DNA of 64,000 nucleotides from a virus (lineage: Duplodnaviria > Heunggongvirae > Uroviricota > Caudoviricetes). The notes under the pieces were generated by a model, which was not told where the DNA came from, made no database searches, and saw nothing but the letters and a program-made list of their open reading frames with translations. Made by a program: the position numbers and the translations under genes. The stretch's first letter is position 1, and each line of letters begins with the position of its first letter. Shown one piece after another: positions 9,720-17,915 of this stretch. The stretch lies in the IMG/VR virus record IMGVR_UViG_3300015615_000629, positions 96,001-160,000 of that record; one strand, given 5' to 3'.

Positions 9720-9801
9720 TGGAAGCCGTGAGATTTGAACTCACATCTACAGAGATCGACTTGCGACTTACTCTGTTATCCTACCGTTGAACGAGGCTCC
9801 C
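9720..9801 (-). tRNA. tRNA-Ala-like RNA with enlarged anticodon loop (possible anticodon CGC)
   Basis: Acceptor GGGAGCC/GGCTTCC-A with G3:U70; D arm; T arm GTGAG-TTCAAAT-CTCAC; anticodon stem ACAGAG/CTCTGT closing a 16-nt loop. Confidence 0.65.
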
Positions 9802-10002
9802 AACTAACGCCTTAATGTCGTAACCATTTTTACAATGAGTAAGTTTTTCGAAATCTATTTCAACTTCGAAATCTATTTCTAACTCATGTGCAATTTCTTC
9901 CCAATCAATAGTATCTACCCCAAAATCAGATAAATCACACGACAAATCCCGTACCGACCCCAATTGATCCCGAAGAATACCTAAAACTTTTTCATCCGTC
10001 AT
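9781..10002 (-). CDS. Acyl carrier protein-like (attachment Ser replaced by Thr)
   Basis: DFGVDTIDWEEI..ELE.DFEVEID resembles the ACP DLGxDSLD...LEEEF.IEI pattern. Confidence 0.6.
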   Translation of the reverse strand: MTDEKVLGILRDQLGSVRDLSCDLSDFGVDTIDWEEIAHELEIDFEVEIDFEKLTHCKNGYDIKALVGSLVQR

Positions 10003-10372
10003 TGCTGTCTTTCAAAAGTTGAACAATTTCTGTAATAGAACCTAAAGCAGCGGTATCAACAGGCGTCTTAAAATCACCAATTTCGATGCTTTCAACGCCC
10101 AACATGGCCGGCAAATCATTTGCAATCGACAAAGGAAAAATAAGTGAATTCTCAATTTCTTTTATCGCTGCATCCATTTTCTCTTTTTCAGTAAACGGAC
10201 GGGTTCCTATAACTTTTTCTTTTCTGGTTTTTAGCGAATTCTCAAGATATCGAGGTAACACGTATTCTTGTCGAATGCCATCTTCAATAGTTAAATCTAT
10301 ATTGTCGGCAACCCATTTAAAGCCACCTTCAATAAGAATTTCTCGAAGTTCTTCGTAGGTTATTTTAGACAT
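9992..10372 (-). CDS. Hypothetical protein
   Basis: 126-aa ORF in operon. Confidence 0.55.
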   Translation of the reverse strand: MSKITYEELREILIEGGFKWVADNIDLTIEDGIRQEYVLPRYLENSLKTRKEKVIGTRPFTEKEKMDAAIKEIENSLIFPLSIANDLPAMLGVESIEIGDFKTPVDTAALGSITEIVQLLKDSNDG

Positions 10373-10712
10373 GTTTGGGCACTAAATGAATGTAAAATAC
10401 GTAAACTGGTTCGGCATTTACAGAGCCCTTTTTGTTGCCAGTTTGTCGATATTCTACGTCCAGTCGAGTGTTCGGGCCGGTCTCAAAAGGCAAGAAATCC
10501 TTAAGACGGGCAAGCACAGAGCCAATGAACTCAGCCGTGCCAGTAATACGTAACCCGTCATTGTCAAATCGAGTCCCTTTATGTTCAGGAGGAATGGCGG
10601 TTATACGTATAGGCGTATTTGGTTGCAGACTTTGCCAAAAACGAAAAATCTCTTGGCGAGTCGCTTTCCAAAGTTTACGCGGTTCTTTTACAAAATCCTT
10701 AAACCCTTCCAT
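10365..10712 (-). CDS. Putative late/virion-internal protein
   Basis: N-terminus MEGFKDFVKE; TAGATA box 6 nt upstream. Confidence 0.55.
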   Translation of the reverse strand: MEGFKDFVKEPRKLWKATRQEIFRFWQSLQPNTPIRITAIPPEHKGTRFDNDGLRITGTAEFIGSVLARLKDFLPFETGPNTRLDVEYRQTGNKKGSVNAEPVYVFYIHLVPKHV

Positions 10713-10771
10713 TACAAATATCTATGCCGTGCGTTGATAAAATGGGTTCTACCATGAATCAGCACTTGCCC

Positions 10772-10799
10772 ATCATAGCACAAAACAGACGTTTGACAA
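10772..10799 (-). promoter_or_regulatory. Sigma70-type promoter
   Basis: TTGTCA-16 nt (ending TGTGC)-TATGAT. Confidence 0.65.
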
Positions 10800-12062
10800 T
10801 TAAGCCCTTTTGTAACGCTTTTTGAAGAAAGCCTTTGCCTCTTCCATATGAGAAAGTCGAGTCGCCCATGCTCTTTTCGCCACCATAACACACATCATGA
10901 ACATCTGACGACTTGGGAAATCTCCAACGCCTGTAACAACCCCATCAGATATCCAAAGCCTCGGATGCTGCTGCTTGGCTAACCATTTTAAAGCTGGGTA
11001 ATCCACGACATTGGAACCGCCAGTTGTGTTTCTCCAATTTTTAACACATCTGCCGTTCTTGGCGATAATTTGCAAGGTTCCTGACTTGGTTTGACCGCTA
11101 TAAGTTGCAATCGTACAACCAGGAGCCAAACGCAGAACTTCGGCAATATCGTAGGAACTTAAAGACATACTTCCACTTACGTCAACTAATACTGTGCCGC
11201 CCTGATGGCGTTTTTTATAGCCAAATATTTTTCCGTCTATGAAATATCTGTTTAAATAACGTGGCAATGTCCCTTCGTCGTTGGCACGCCATTTTCTAGA
11301 AAATTTAGAAGGCGGCATAGTCGCAGAAATATCTTTATGTAATTTAATTTTCATTTCCCCAGGTGGAGCATAACCTTTTCCACCATGTTTAAATTGCATT
11401 TTCATCTGCTCGTCTAAATAACTTGACCCCATTTTAGACTTTTCCGAAGGACTAAGCGGACATTTTCCCTCGCCTTTAATGGCATCTAAAAATTCTTCGT
11501 AAGACATTTCATAGAAGAACTCAACATCGCCAGTCTCATCCGGTTCTTCATCCGCAAAGCCGGAAGTACGAAGAAATAAATCTTCCTTCCGAAAAAATCC
11601 CAATGTCTTCGCACAATCAATCGATGTCTCAATTACTGGGTTTTCTGCAATCCTGTTCAATAAATGACGACCAGTGGCCTTGTACCCATCCACAAAACCA
11701 TAAATTACATCATTGAGAGAATCGTGCTTCGATGCAAGTAATTGCTTCCCTTTCTCGGTAATATCTTCAGTAGTTAAATTAATCCCTAATTTACGTAACT
11801 TGTACGTAATCCTGGCTTGTTCGCAAGCTAATAATGCCTGTGGATCAACGCCGTTGTCGGCGGCTAAATTCTGAATTTCTTCGGAATCATAACCCCAAAG
11901 CATGGAACCCATGACCAGCATCCGGCTGCGGAAAGCAGCCGGATGCGTACAAGCGGTTAATTTGCCATTCTTATAAAAATTCCTGTGTAGACCAGGAGAA
12001 TCGGCGGAAACAATCTCTAAATTCTCATCGGAAATTGCTTCAACTAAAGGATAAACCTTCAT
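10800..12062 (-). CDS. vWA-domain partner of a MoxR-type AAA ATPase
   Basis: MIDAS-like VLVDVSGSM; ISDG; GGSNVVD; downstream of an AAA gene. Confidence 0.75.
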   Translation of the reverse strand: MKVYPLVEAISDENLEIVSADSPGLHRNFYKNGKLTACTHPAAFRSRMLVMGSMLWGYDSEEIQNLAADNGVDPQALLACEQARITYKLRKLGINLTTEDITEKGKQLLASKHDSLNDVIYGFVDGYKATGRHLLNRIAENPVIETSIDCAKTLGFFRKEDLFLRTSGFADEEPDETGDVEFFYEMSYEEFLDAIKGEGKCPLSPSEKSKMGSSYLDEQMKMQFKHGGKGYAPPGEMKIKLHKDISATMPPSKFSRKWRANDEGTLPRYLNRYFIDGKIFGYKKRHQGGTVLVDVSGSMSLSSYDIAEVLRLAPGCTIATYSGQTKSGTLQIIAKNGRCVKNWRNTTGGSNVVDYPALKWLAKQQHPRLWISDGVVTGVGDFPSRQMFMMCVMVAKRAWATRLSHMEEAKAFFKKRYKRA

Positions 12063-13292
12063 TTAAACTCTCTTGTATTTTCGAGTAAATTTCTTTTTCT
12101 TTTTGACCGGAGCAACTGCTTTTGGAGAGTAAATCGGCACACCAGCAGTGCTCAGTCGCAGACCCATACTTGTAATCTTTGCATGAACCTCTGCCAGGGC
12201 AGGTACATTGAAATTACGAATACAAAGAAGTTTCTCCGCAGTCCATCCAACTAAATGCCCAACAGTGGTAATGCCTTCGCCCTCTAGGCAATTGGTTGCT
12301 CTTACCGATAGTCCCAAGTCGGATATGCTGATATTTAATTTATCAGCAGTAGGTTTCTTCGCAGGCGTTTTTGACCGCCCGCCATCAATGGAAACTTTCG
12401 CTCCACATCTTTCCAATTCAGCCTTAATCCCATTGGCACGATCCTCAGAAATGTTTTCCACAAATCTGTTAGGGAGATTTTCAACCAAATCTTTGGTCTC
12501 TTTCAGCCCAAGACCAGTCATCGCCCGTACATACTTAATTACCTTTATCTTATCAGAACCAAAAGATTCCAAGATAACAGAAACAGATGCCGACCCTACA
12601 GAAACTTTGGCACCCCGCAATTTAAACGCCGCCATTACATCCTTATAGCCAGCACCAAAAATGGCTCGTGCTGCCATTTCATCCCCAACTTCCGGACGTA
12701 ATAAAGCAAATTCCTTCCAAGACCTTACAGAAATTCGCCTTTCTTCATCTTTAACCAAACCGGTTCTTTTCGCTAACTCCCGAATGTCATCAGGCAAAGC
12801 CTTCAAAGCACCTGGAGCAACCTCGTCCACATGAATCGTTACAGGAAACCTATCCCTTAATGCAGCGTTCAAATCACTAGGCTCGCCGTTCATTGTCGCT
12901 ACACAATGAAATCCAGGCAAAGGCTTAACCATTTCTCCGCTAGGTAAAGTAATATTGGCGATATCCATATCGTCCAATATGCCCAAGAGAAACGTCTGAG
13001 CGTCCCCAGAGGCTTTCTCCAACTCGTTCAACACAAGTCTAGTGCCTTTTCTCCAAGCGGAGACGCATGGACCGTCCATCCATACGTATTCCCCGCCCTT
13101 TAAACCAAAATGACCCCTTAATTCCGCAGCAGGGGTATCTTCCGTTAAAGAGAAAGAATATACATTATCATAAGCATCTGGTTTGATGCCAAAACGCTTG
13201 CCAGCATAACTCTTACCAGTACCAGATGGACCGTAAAGCAAAACGCGGTCAGTTTTAGTTAAAACTTTAGAAACTACATCCCAACAGCTCAT
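12063..13292 (-). CDS. MoxR/CbbQ-type AAA+ ATPase fused to ribosomal L7/L12 CTD and RNA polymerase alpha CTD
   Basis: Walker A GPSGTGKS, LVLNELEK, ATMN, ALRDRF; KIKVIK.VR.MTGLGLKETKDLVE (L7/L12); ISDLGLSVRATNCL..EGITTV..L...RNF (alpha CTD). Confidence 0.85.
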   Translation of the reverse strand: MSCWDVVSKVLTKTDRVLLYGPSGTGKSYAGKRFGIKPDAYDNVYSFSLTEDTPAAELRGHFGLKGGEYVWMDGPCVSAWRKGTRLVLNELEKASGDAQTFLLGILDDMDIANITLPSGEMVKPLPGFHCVATMNGEPSDLNAALRDRFPVTIHVDEVAPGALKALPDDIRELAKRTGLVKDEERRISVRSWKEFALLRPEVGDEMAARAIFGAGYKDVMAAFKLRGAKVSVGSASVSVILESFGSDKIKVIKYVRAMTGLGLKETKDLVENLPNRFVENISEDRANGIKAELERCGAKVSIDGGRSKTPAKKPTADKLNISISDLGLSVRATNCLEGEGITTVGHLVGWTAEKLLCIRNFNVPALAEVHAKITSMGLRLSTAGVPIYSPKAVAPVKKKKKFTRKYKRV

Positions 13293-14662
13293 GCTGATTT
13301 TATCCTTTTGAAGAGATTAAAAGCTTCTTTTACGTAAGGAACGCGAATAATACTGTTTCTTTTAACGACATCGAAACACATCATGGTCAACAATGGAAAA
13401 GCACTATCGCCAACTCCTGTGACAATTCCATCCGATACCCATATTCTAGGGCCGGGCATTTTAGACAACCATATGAGAGCGGGATAATCCACTATATTGC
13501 CGCCTTGTTTATAACTTAATTTGGAAGAATACGTTCCATTCTCTGCTAATATCGACAACCTTCCGCTTGACGATTCACCAGAATAGGCCGCCACCGTGCA
13601 GCCAGGAGCAGATTCAGTTATCTTTATTATTTCATCTATCGACAAACCCATACTGCTACTGGTGTCGATTAATACCGTTCCGCCCTGTGCCTTTCTTTTA
13701 ACACCAAAAATCTTACCATCAACAAAGTATCTGTTTAAATATCTCGGATGAGTACCTTCTTCGGCACTTGCCCATTTTTTAGCCTTTTGACCATTTAAAC
13801 GCCTATCCATAGTTTCTTTGCAGATAGACATATTTCCATATGAAAATCCTCCATGATGTACTTTTGACCCCTTATATTGTCCCTCAAAATGATTGCCGTA
13901 GCGGCTGCTATTTAATTCAGCCATCCCCTTCTCAAACGCTTCTTTTTCGTGAGAATTTGAGAATTTAGAATTGTTTTTCAAAAACTCTTCAAAATTGCTG
14001 GTTTCTTCAAGTTCGTCTTTAACTCTTTCCAAAATATCGTGATCTTCCGCCATAGAAGAAGCATCCTTTGCTCCCGTGCAAGTTCCAGCCGGCCGCTTAG
14101 ACGGCTTACCACCACTATCACTACGATCAGAAGATGGCTTGCCCTTCGCTTCCGAGGATTCACCCGGCTTCGGCGTAGACGGATGCTTTATTATTTCTTG
14201 AACATATCTACAAGCCTCTAACAAACAATCTACATTTCCAGACGCCGCAGAAACCATCTCTTTAAATTTAGTAACTACCGGTTCTGTGCTTTCGGCTTCA
14301 AACGCAGAGGAAATAGCAGTTATTAATGGGTTATCGTCAAAACGTCTTGTGGCAGGACATAATTCTATTTCTGTCCTTTTCAAATGATAACCAATTCTAC
14401 CAATCTCACACGCTTCTAAAATTAAAGGATTTAGGGAAAAATTGGTCGCCATATTACGGATTTCTTCATCGGATAATCCCCACTTTATCCGACCTAACGC
14501 AATTATGCGGTTTCGGCGAGCCGATTCCTTCAAATCAAGATTTAAAACCTTCTTCTCAAAATCTAAACTTTCCTTCCAGGGCGTATGATTGATTTCCCAG
14601 CCCTGTCCAAGCAGACCTTCAAACGATTCCACCAATGGGAATATCTTATCGTGCCTCAACAT
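13289..14662 (-). CDS. vWA-domain partner of an AAA ATPase (paralogue of 10800-12062)
   Basis: VLIDTSSSM, VSDG; shared EGT.PRYLNRYF.DGKIFG block. Confidence 0.75.
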   Translation of the reverse strand: MLRHDKIFPLVESFEGLLGQGWEINHTPWKESLDFEKKVLNLDLKESARRNRIIALGRIKWGLSDEEIRNMATNFSLNPLILEACEIGRIGYHLKRTEIELCPATRRFDDNPLITAISSAFEAESTEPVVTKFKEMVSAASGNVDCLLEACRYVQEIIKHPSTPKPGESSEAKGKPSSDRSDSGGKPSKRPAGTCTGAKDASSMAEDHDILERVKDELEETSNFEEFLKNNSKFSNSHEKEAFEKGMAELNSSRYGNHFEGQYKGSKVHHGGFSYGNMSICKETMDRRLNGQKAKKWASAEEGTHPRYLNRYFVDGKIFGVKRKAQGGTVLIDTSSSMGLSIDEIIKITESAPGCTVAAYSGESSSGRLSILAENGTYSSKLSYKQGGNIVDYPALIWLSKMPGPRIWVSDGIVTGVGDSAFPLLTMMCFDVVKRNSIIRVPYVKEAFNLFKRIKSA

Positions 14663-14710
14663 GCGGGTTCTCCGTAGGTCAGCACTAAAAATGCAGTAAA
14701 AAACCAGAAT

Positions 14711-15517
14711 TTAAGATTTAGAGATATTAAGTGCTGCCAATACTTCCGAATAACGGCTTCCAAAAACCGCTTTGGCAGCAAGAGTAGGATTATGTTCTTC
14801 TCTCAATCGAGCAAATTCATTCCAAGAACGAACGGAAATTCTCCGCTGAGCGTCTTTAACAACGCTACAATTATAAACCACATTTCTAATATCTTCCGGT
14901 AACGCCAACAGTGCGTCCGGAGCAATCCTATCAATATTAATCGCTATCGGAAAACGATCCCTTAATGCCGGATTCAAATCCACATCAGGATCGCCATTCA
15001 TTGTTGCAACACACCTAAAACCAGAATCTGGTCTTACCGTTTCACCAGTTGGCAACGTAATACTAGCAATTCCTGGATCGTCTAGAATCCCTAATAGAAA
15101 TGTCTGAGCATCCCCAGAAGCCTTTTCTAATTCATTTAATACTAATCTGGCTCCCTTACGCCAAGAGGATACGCAAGGACCGTCCATCCATACGTATTCT
15201 CCACTTTTAAGGCCGAAATGACCTCTTAACTCAGCCGCTGGAGTATCTTCGGTTAAAGAGAAAGAAAACACCCGTTCATTAAAATTGATCTTCTCACATA
15301 GTCGCCGTTCGGCCGCTATCCAAAATTCCCTATCTTGACCATCGGGGCAACCACGTTCGGCCCAGATGAGTTTTGCTTCGGCAGCAATTTGCTCCTTAGA
15401 TGGAGCAATTCCTAACCGTTTTCCAGCATAACTTTTGCCCGTTCCTGAAGGACCATAGAGCAAAATGCGGTCAGCAGACGGCAACACCTGTTCAACTATC
15501 GACCAGCAGTCTTCCAT
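14711..15517 (-). CDS. MoxR/CbbQ-type AAA+ ATPase with DUF2934-like insertion
   Basis: GPSGTGKS; core nearly identical to 12063-13292; insert EQIAAEAKLIWAERGCPDGQDREFWIAAERRL. Confidence 0.85.
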   Translation of the reverse strand: MEDCWSIVEQVLPSADRILLYGPSGTGKSYAGKRLGIAPSKEQIAAEAKLIWAERGCPDGQDREFWIAAERRLCEKINFNERVFSFSLTEDTPAAELRGHFGLKSGEYVWMDGPCVSSWRKGARLVLNELEKASGDAQTFLLGILDDPGIASITLPTGETVRPDSGFRCVATMNGDPDVDLNPALRDRFPIAINIDRIAPDALLALPEDIRNVVYNCSVVKDAQRRISVRSWNEFARLREEHNPTLAAKAVFGSRYSEVLAALNISKS

Positions 15518-15563
15518 GTTTCTTATCTCTCAAAAATCAAAAACCAGTTTTTTCTATGCGGCC

Positions 15564-15591
15564 ACTATACCACAGAATCCGAAAAAGTCAC
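15564..15591 (-). promoter_or_regulatory. Sigma70-type promoter of the AAA/vWA cluster
   Basis: GTGACT-16 nt (ending TGTGG)-TATAGT. Confidence 0.5.
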
Positions 15592-15747
15592 GCATTTAGT
15601 GGCACACCGCCAAAAGAGGTGCGACATTGTGGCACCCCAAGAACCAAATTGACTCACATGAAACCAAGCATACAATACAGAGAAACCAAAAATGCTTCGA
15701 ATTCGTGCAATGCAATACCAAACGCACAAAAATCTATCAAAAACTAC

Positions 15748-15764
15748 TTGGCATGGCAGTTGCT
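15748..15764 (+). promoter_or_regulatory. Putative sigma54 (-24/-12) promoter
   Basis: TTGGCATG-GCAG-TTGCT matches TGGCACG-N4-TTGCW spacing exactly. Confidence 0.5.
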
Positions 15765-15819
15765 TCTAGTCAGAAAACACTTCTAAGCGGGCTAACACTA
15801 TCTTAGAAAGTTTACTCCA

Positions 15820-16047
15820 ATGTTTCCCGCCACTGATTTCGATACAGACCTGATAAATCAGCAAGATATTGGTGTCCTGTGTGGTCGTTTCGCAGAACTT
15901 CAATCCAGAACTAAAATTCTGCGAAACAACTTTTCGAAAAATCCAATTTGGAAAATAGGCTTAGAAATTACCGGCTTGGAAAAAGACTTTAGAAAAATAA
16001 ATAGCTTAATGCAAATTTACGATCATATACTAACTAATTGTATATGA
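15820..16047 (+). CDS. Small coiled-coil protein, paralogue of 17610-17840
   Basis: L.GR..EL..R.K.L...EI..LE.D..KI..L..I...IL pattern shared. Confidence 0.6.
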   Translation: MFPATDFDTDLINQQDIGVLCGRFAELQSRTKILRNNFSKNPIWKIGLEITGLEKDFRKINSLMQIYDHILTNCI

Positions 16048-16202
16048 AGATCACTAATTTTTTACTTGCCTATGCTACCATGTTTTCAGTAGCTGTAGGA
16101 ACTATTCTTATCGTAAACTGTTTTGCCAATGGATACCTTTATGGAACACCATTGGGAATAGGACTAAGTATACTGTCCTTAAAACTGTTCCTATTTGAAT
16201 GA
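16044..16202 (+). CDS. Small 52-aa two-TM membrane protein (not in the ORF track)
   Basis: ATGA overlap; MKITNFLLAYATMFSVAVGTILIV...GIGLSILSLKLFLFE. Confidence 0.5.
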   Translation: MKITNFLLAYATMFSVAVGTILIVNCFANGYLYGTPLGIGLSILSLKLFLFE

Positions 16203-16267
16203 CCCTACGGGGATTCACGACTTCCAGATTGAGGGTCTGGCGTCCTCACCCACTAGACGATAGGGCC
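16200..16267 (-). pseudogene. Degenerate tRNA-Glu(CTC) lacking part of the T arm
   Basis: GGCCCTATCGTCTAG...CCAGA-CC-CTC-AA-TCTGG; GGTTC missing; ends shared with 17842-17915. Confidence 0.7.
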
Positions 16268-16495
16268 TAACTTTAACAATTCTTCCTTCAAACTTGCCTC
16301 TGTCCTATGCTCTTGTGAATATTCAGCAAGTAAAATGTCAATTTGATAAACCAGTTTTTCCGCATCTGGTTCATTATACTTTTCTATATCCCAAGCAATA
16401 GGAGACAACCACTCATCAAGAGATTCTAAAGATATTTGTCCATCGATATAACTATCGACTTTTGCATGAATCTCTTTCAAAATACTCATTACCAA
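16253..16495 (-). CDS. Hypothetical protein
   Basis: 80-aa ORF; stop codon lies within the pseudo-tRNA. Confidence 0.55.
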   Translation of the reverse strand: MVMSILKEIHAKVDSYIDGQISLESLDEWLSPIAWDIEKYNEPDAEKLVYQIDILLAEYSQEHRTEASLKEELLKLGPIV

Positions 16496-16725
16496 TATTT
16501 CCTTAAATCATTGGCAATTGTCGCAGCCTTTTGGAGTAATTCCTTGTCCAAAACAGCAACAACAATATGTTTCTCAATAGAAACAAACTTCTTTGAGCCT
16601 AAAGAAAATGCTTTAGGCTCATGGTCGAGCGTCTTAATGTAAATCTCATCATTCCACAAAAATTGCTCACCATATGGCAATTCTTCAAATGTTAAAGTTT
16701 TGCTAAATGTTAAAGTTTCGTTCAT
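16489..16725 (-). CDS. Small hypothetical protein (start MNETLTF), tandem paralogue
   Basis: LTFEELPYG..F..N.EIY.K.LDHEPKAFS shared with 16733-16930. Confidence 0.6.
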   Translation of the reverse strand: MNETLTFSKTLTFEELPYGEQFLWNDEIYIKTLDHEPKAFSLGSKKFVSIEKHIVVAVLDKELLQKAATIANDLRKYW

Positions 16726-16732
16726 CTTTTCC

Positions 16733-16930
16733 TTATTTCCTTGACCAAGGACCAAATGTCGATACCGCAACCTCTGTCTGATCGGGAACAGAAACAAATT
16801 TCTTCGATTGCCGAGAAAATGCTTTCGGCTCGTGATCAAGCACTTTAAAGTGAATCTCATTGTTTAGCAAGAAATGATCACCATAAGATACTTCTTTAAA
16901 CGTTAAAACTTTTGTGAATGATTCGTTCAT
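16733..16930 (-). CDS. Small hypothetical protein, tandem paralogue
   Basis: LTFKEVSYG...KVLDHEPKAFS. Confidence 0.6.
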   Translation of the reverse strand: MNESFTKVLTFKEVSYGDHFLLNNEIHFKVLDHEPKAFSRQSKKFVSVPDQTEVAVSTFGPWSRK

Positions 16931-17145
16931 CTTTTCCCTTCTAATTGCTCTTGACGCTCTTGTCGTGGACTTTTACCAATAAATTTGCCAACAGTTACCC
17001 AGTCTTCACCAGGACGCTTTATTTGAAAATAATCCTCGCCATCTATCGTTATCTCACGATAATGACCACTAGGAGAACCTTCCCAAACCTCAACATGATT
17101 CGAACAACCCGCCAAAATACAAATTATGAATAAGTATCTTTTCAT
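16927..17145 (-). CDS. Small lipoprotein
   Basis: MKRYLFIICILAG-C lipobox. Confidence 0.6.
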   Translation of the reverse strand: MKRYLFIICILAGCSNHVEVWEGSPSGHYREITIDGEDYFQIKRPGEDWVTVGKFIGKSPRQERQEQLEGKR

Positions 17146-17461
17146 GCCTTTTCTATCTTAGTAAAAGGAAAAGGCTCCTTCATTAGTTTATCGTAAATTT
17201 CATCTCGCTCTTTTTCAGTAGAAAAATCAAATGACAAGTCCCTTGTCATCGTGGGTAGCCACGTTCCACCAGCACCAGACGGCTTTCCTACCATCTTTTC
17301 AATAATTTTGTCCTTGTCCCGCAACTGCCCTGGTTCCGTCAACTCATAATAGACGTTAAGAAAGTAGGTTTTCATGCTCTCTCCTACAAGTTGCCACAAC
17401 ATGATTATAGCACAACTAGAAACGCCCGTCCAGTTTTCTGAATAATTTGCCAGAAAGCAGC

Positions 17462-17489
17462 TTGCAATTTACTTCCACTAGTGTAGAAT
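17462..17489 (+). promoter_or_regulatory. Sigma70-type promoter (divergent from a minus-strand TGTGC-TATAAT promoter at 17404-17432)
   Basis: TTGCAA-16 nt-TAGAAT. Confidence 0.55.
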
Positions 17490-17547
17490 GTTGCGTGGAA
17501 GACTAGGTAAATGGCATCTCAACTTTTGAGGGGCCAGTTATTGCGTA

Positions 17548-17596
17548 AGCCAATGTTCTAGGTGGCAACTGCCGTCTATTAACGTTGGCTTTTTTT
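17548..17596 (+). terminator. Intrinsic terminator-like hairpin overlapped by a 16-aa uORF (17511-17561)
   Basis: AGCCAATGTT...AACGTTGGCT followed by a T run. Confidence 0.55.
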
Positions 17597-17609
17597 ATTG
17601 GAGAATACA

Positions 17610-17840
17610 ATGTTGTTGTTGCTCGATCCAGCCGACACAAGTCCCTACGCAATCCTTCAAGGCAGACTCGATGAATTAGAATGTAGAAGGAAATTGCTAA
17701 AAGGCAACAACATCCCAATGGCATTAATGGTAAAAGAAATCAGAAAACTAGAAATCGATTTGCTAAAAATCGATGGACTTATAGAAATCCTTGAGTATAT
17801 TCTAGTTTTAGAATCTAGTTTAAGTGACCCGTGGATTTAA
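17610..17840 (+). CDS. Small coiled-coil protein, paralogue of 15820-16047
   Basis: GGAG RBS; ILQGRLDELECRRKLL...EIRKLEIDLLKIDGL. Confidence 0.6.
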   Translation: MLLLLDPADTSPYAILQGRLDELECRRKLLKGNNIPMALMVKEIRKLEIDLLKIDGLIEILEYILVLESSLSDPWI

Positions 17841-17841
17841 G

Positions 17842-17915
17842 TGACCCTACGGGGAGTTGAACCCGCGATTTCCAGCGTGAGAAGCTGGCGTCCTGAGCCA
17901 TTAGACGATAGGGCC
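17842..17915 (-). tRNA. tRNA-Glu(CTC)
   Basis: Cloverleaf; CCAGC-TT-CTC-AC-GCTGG; GGTTCAACTCC. Confidence 0.92.
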
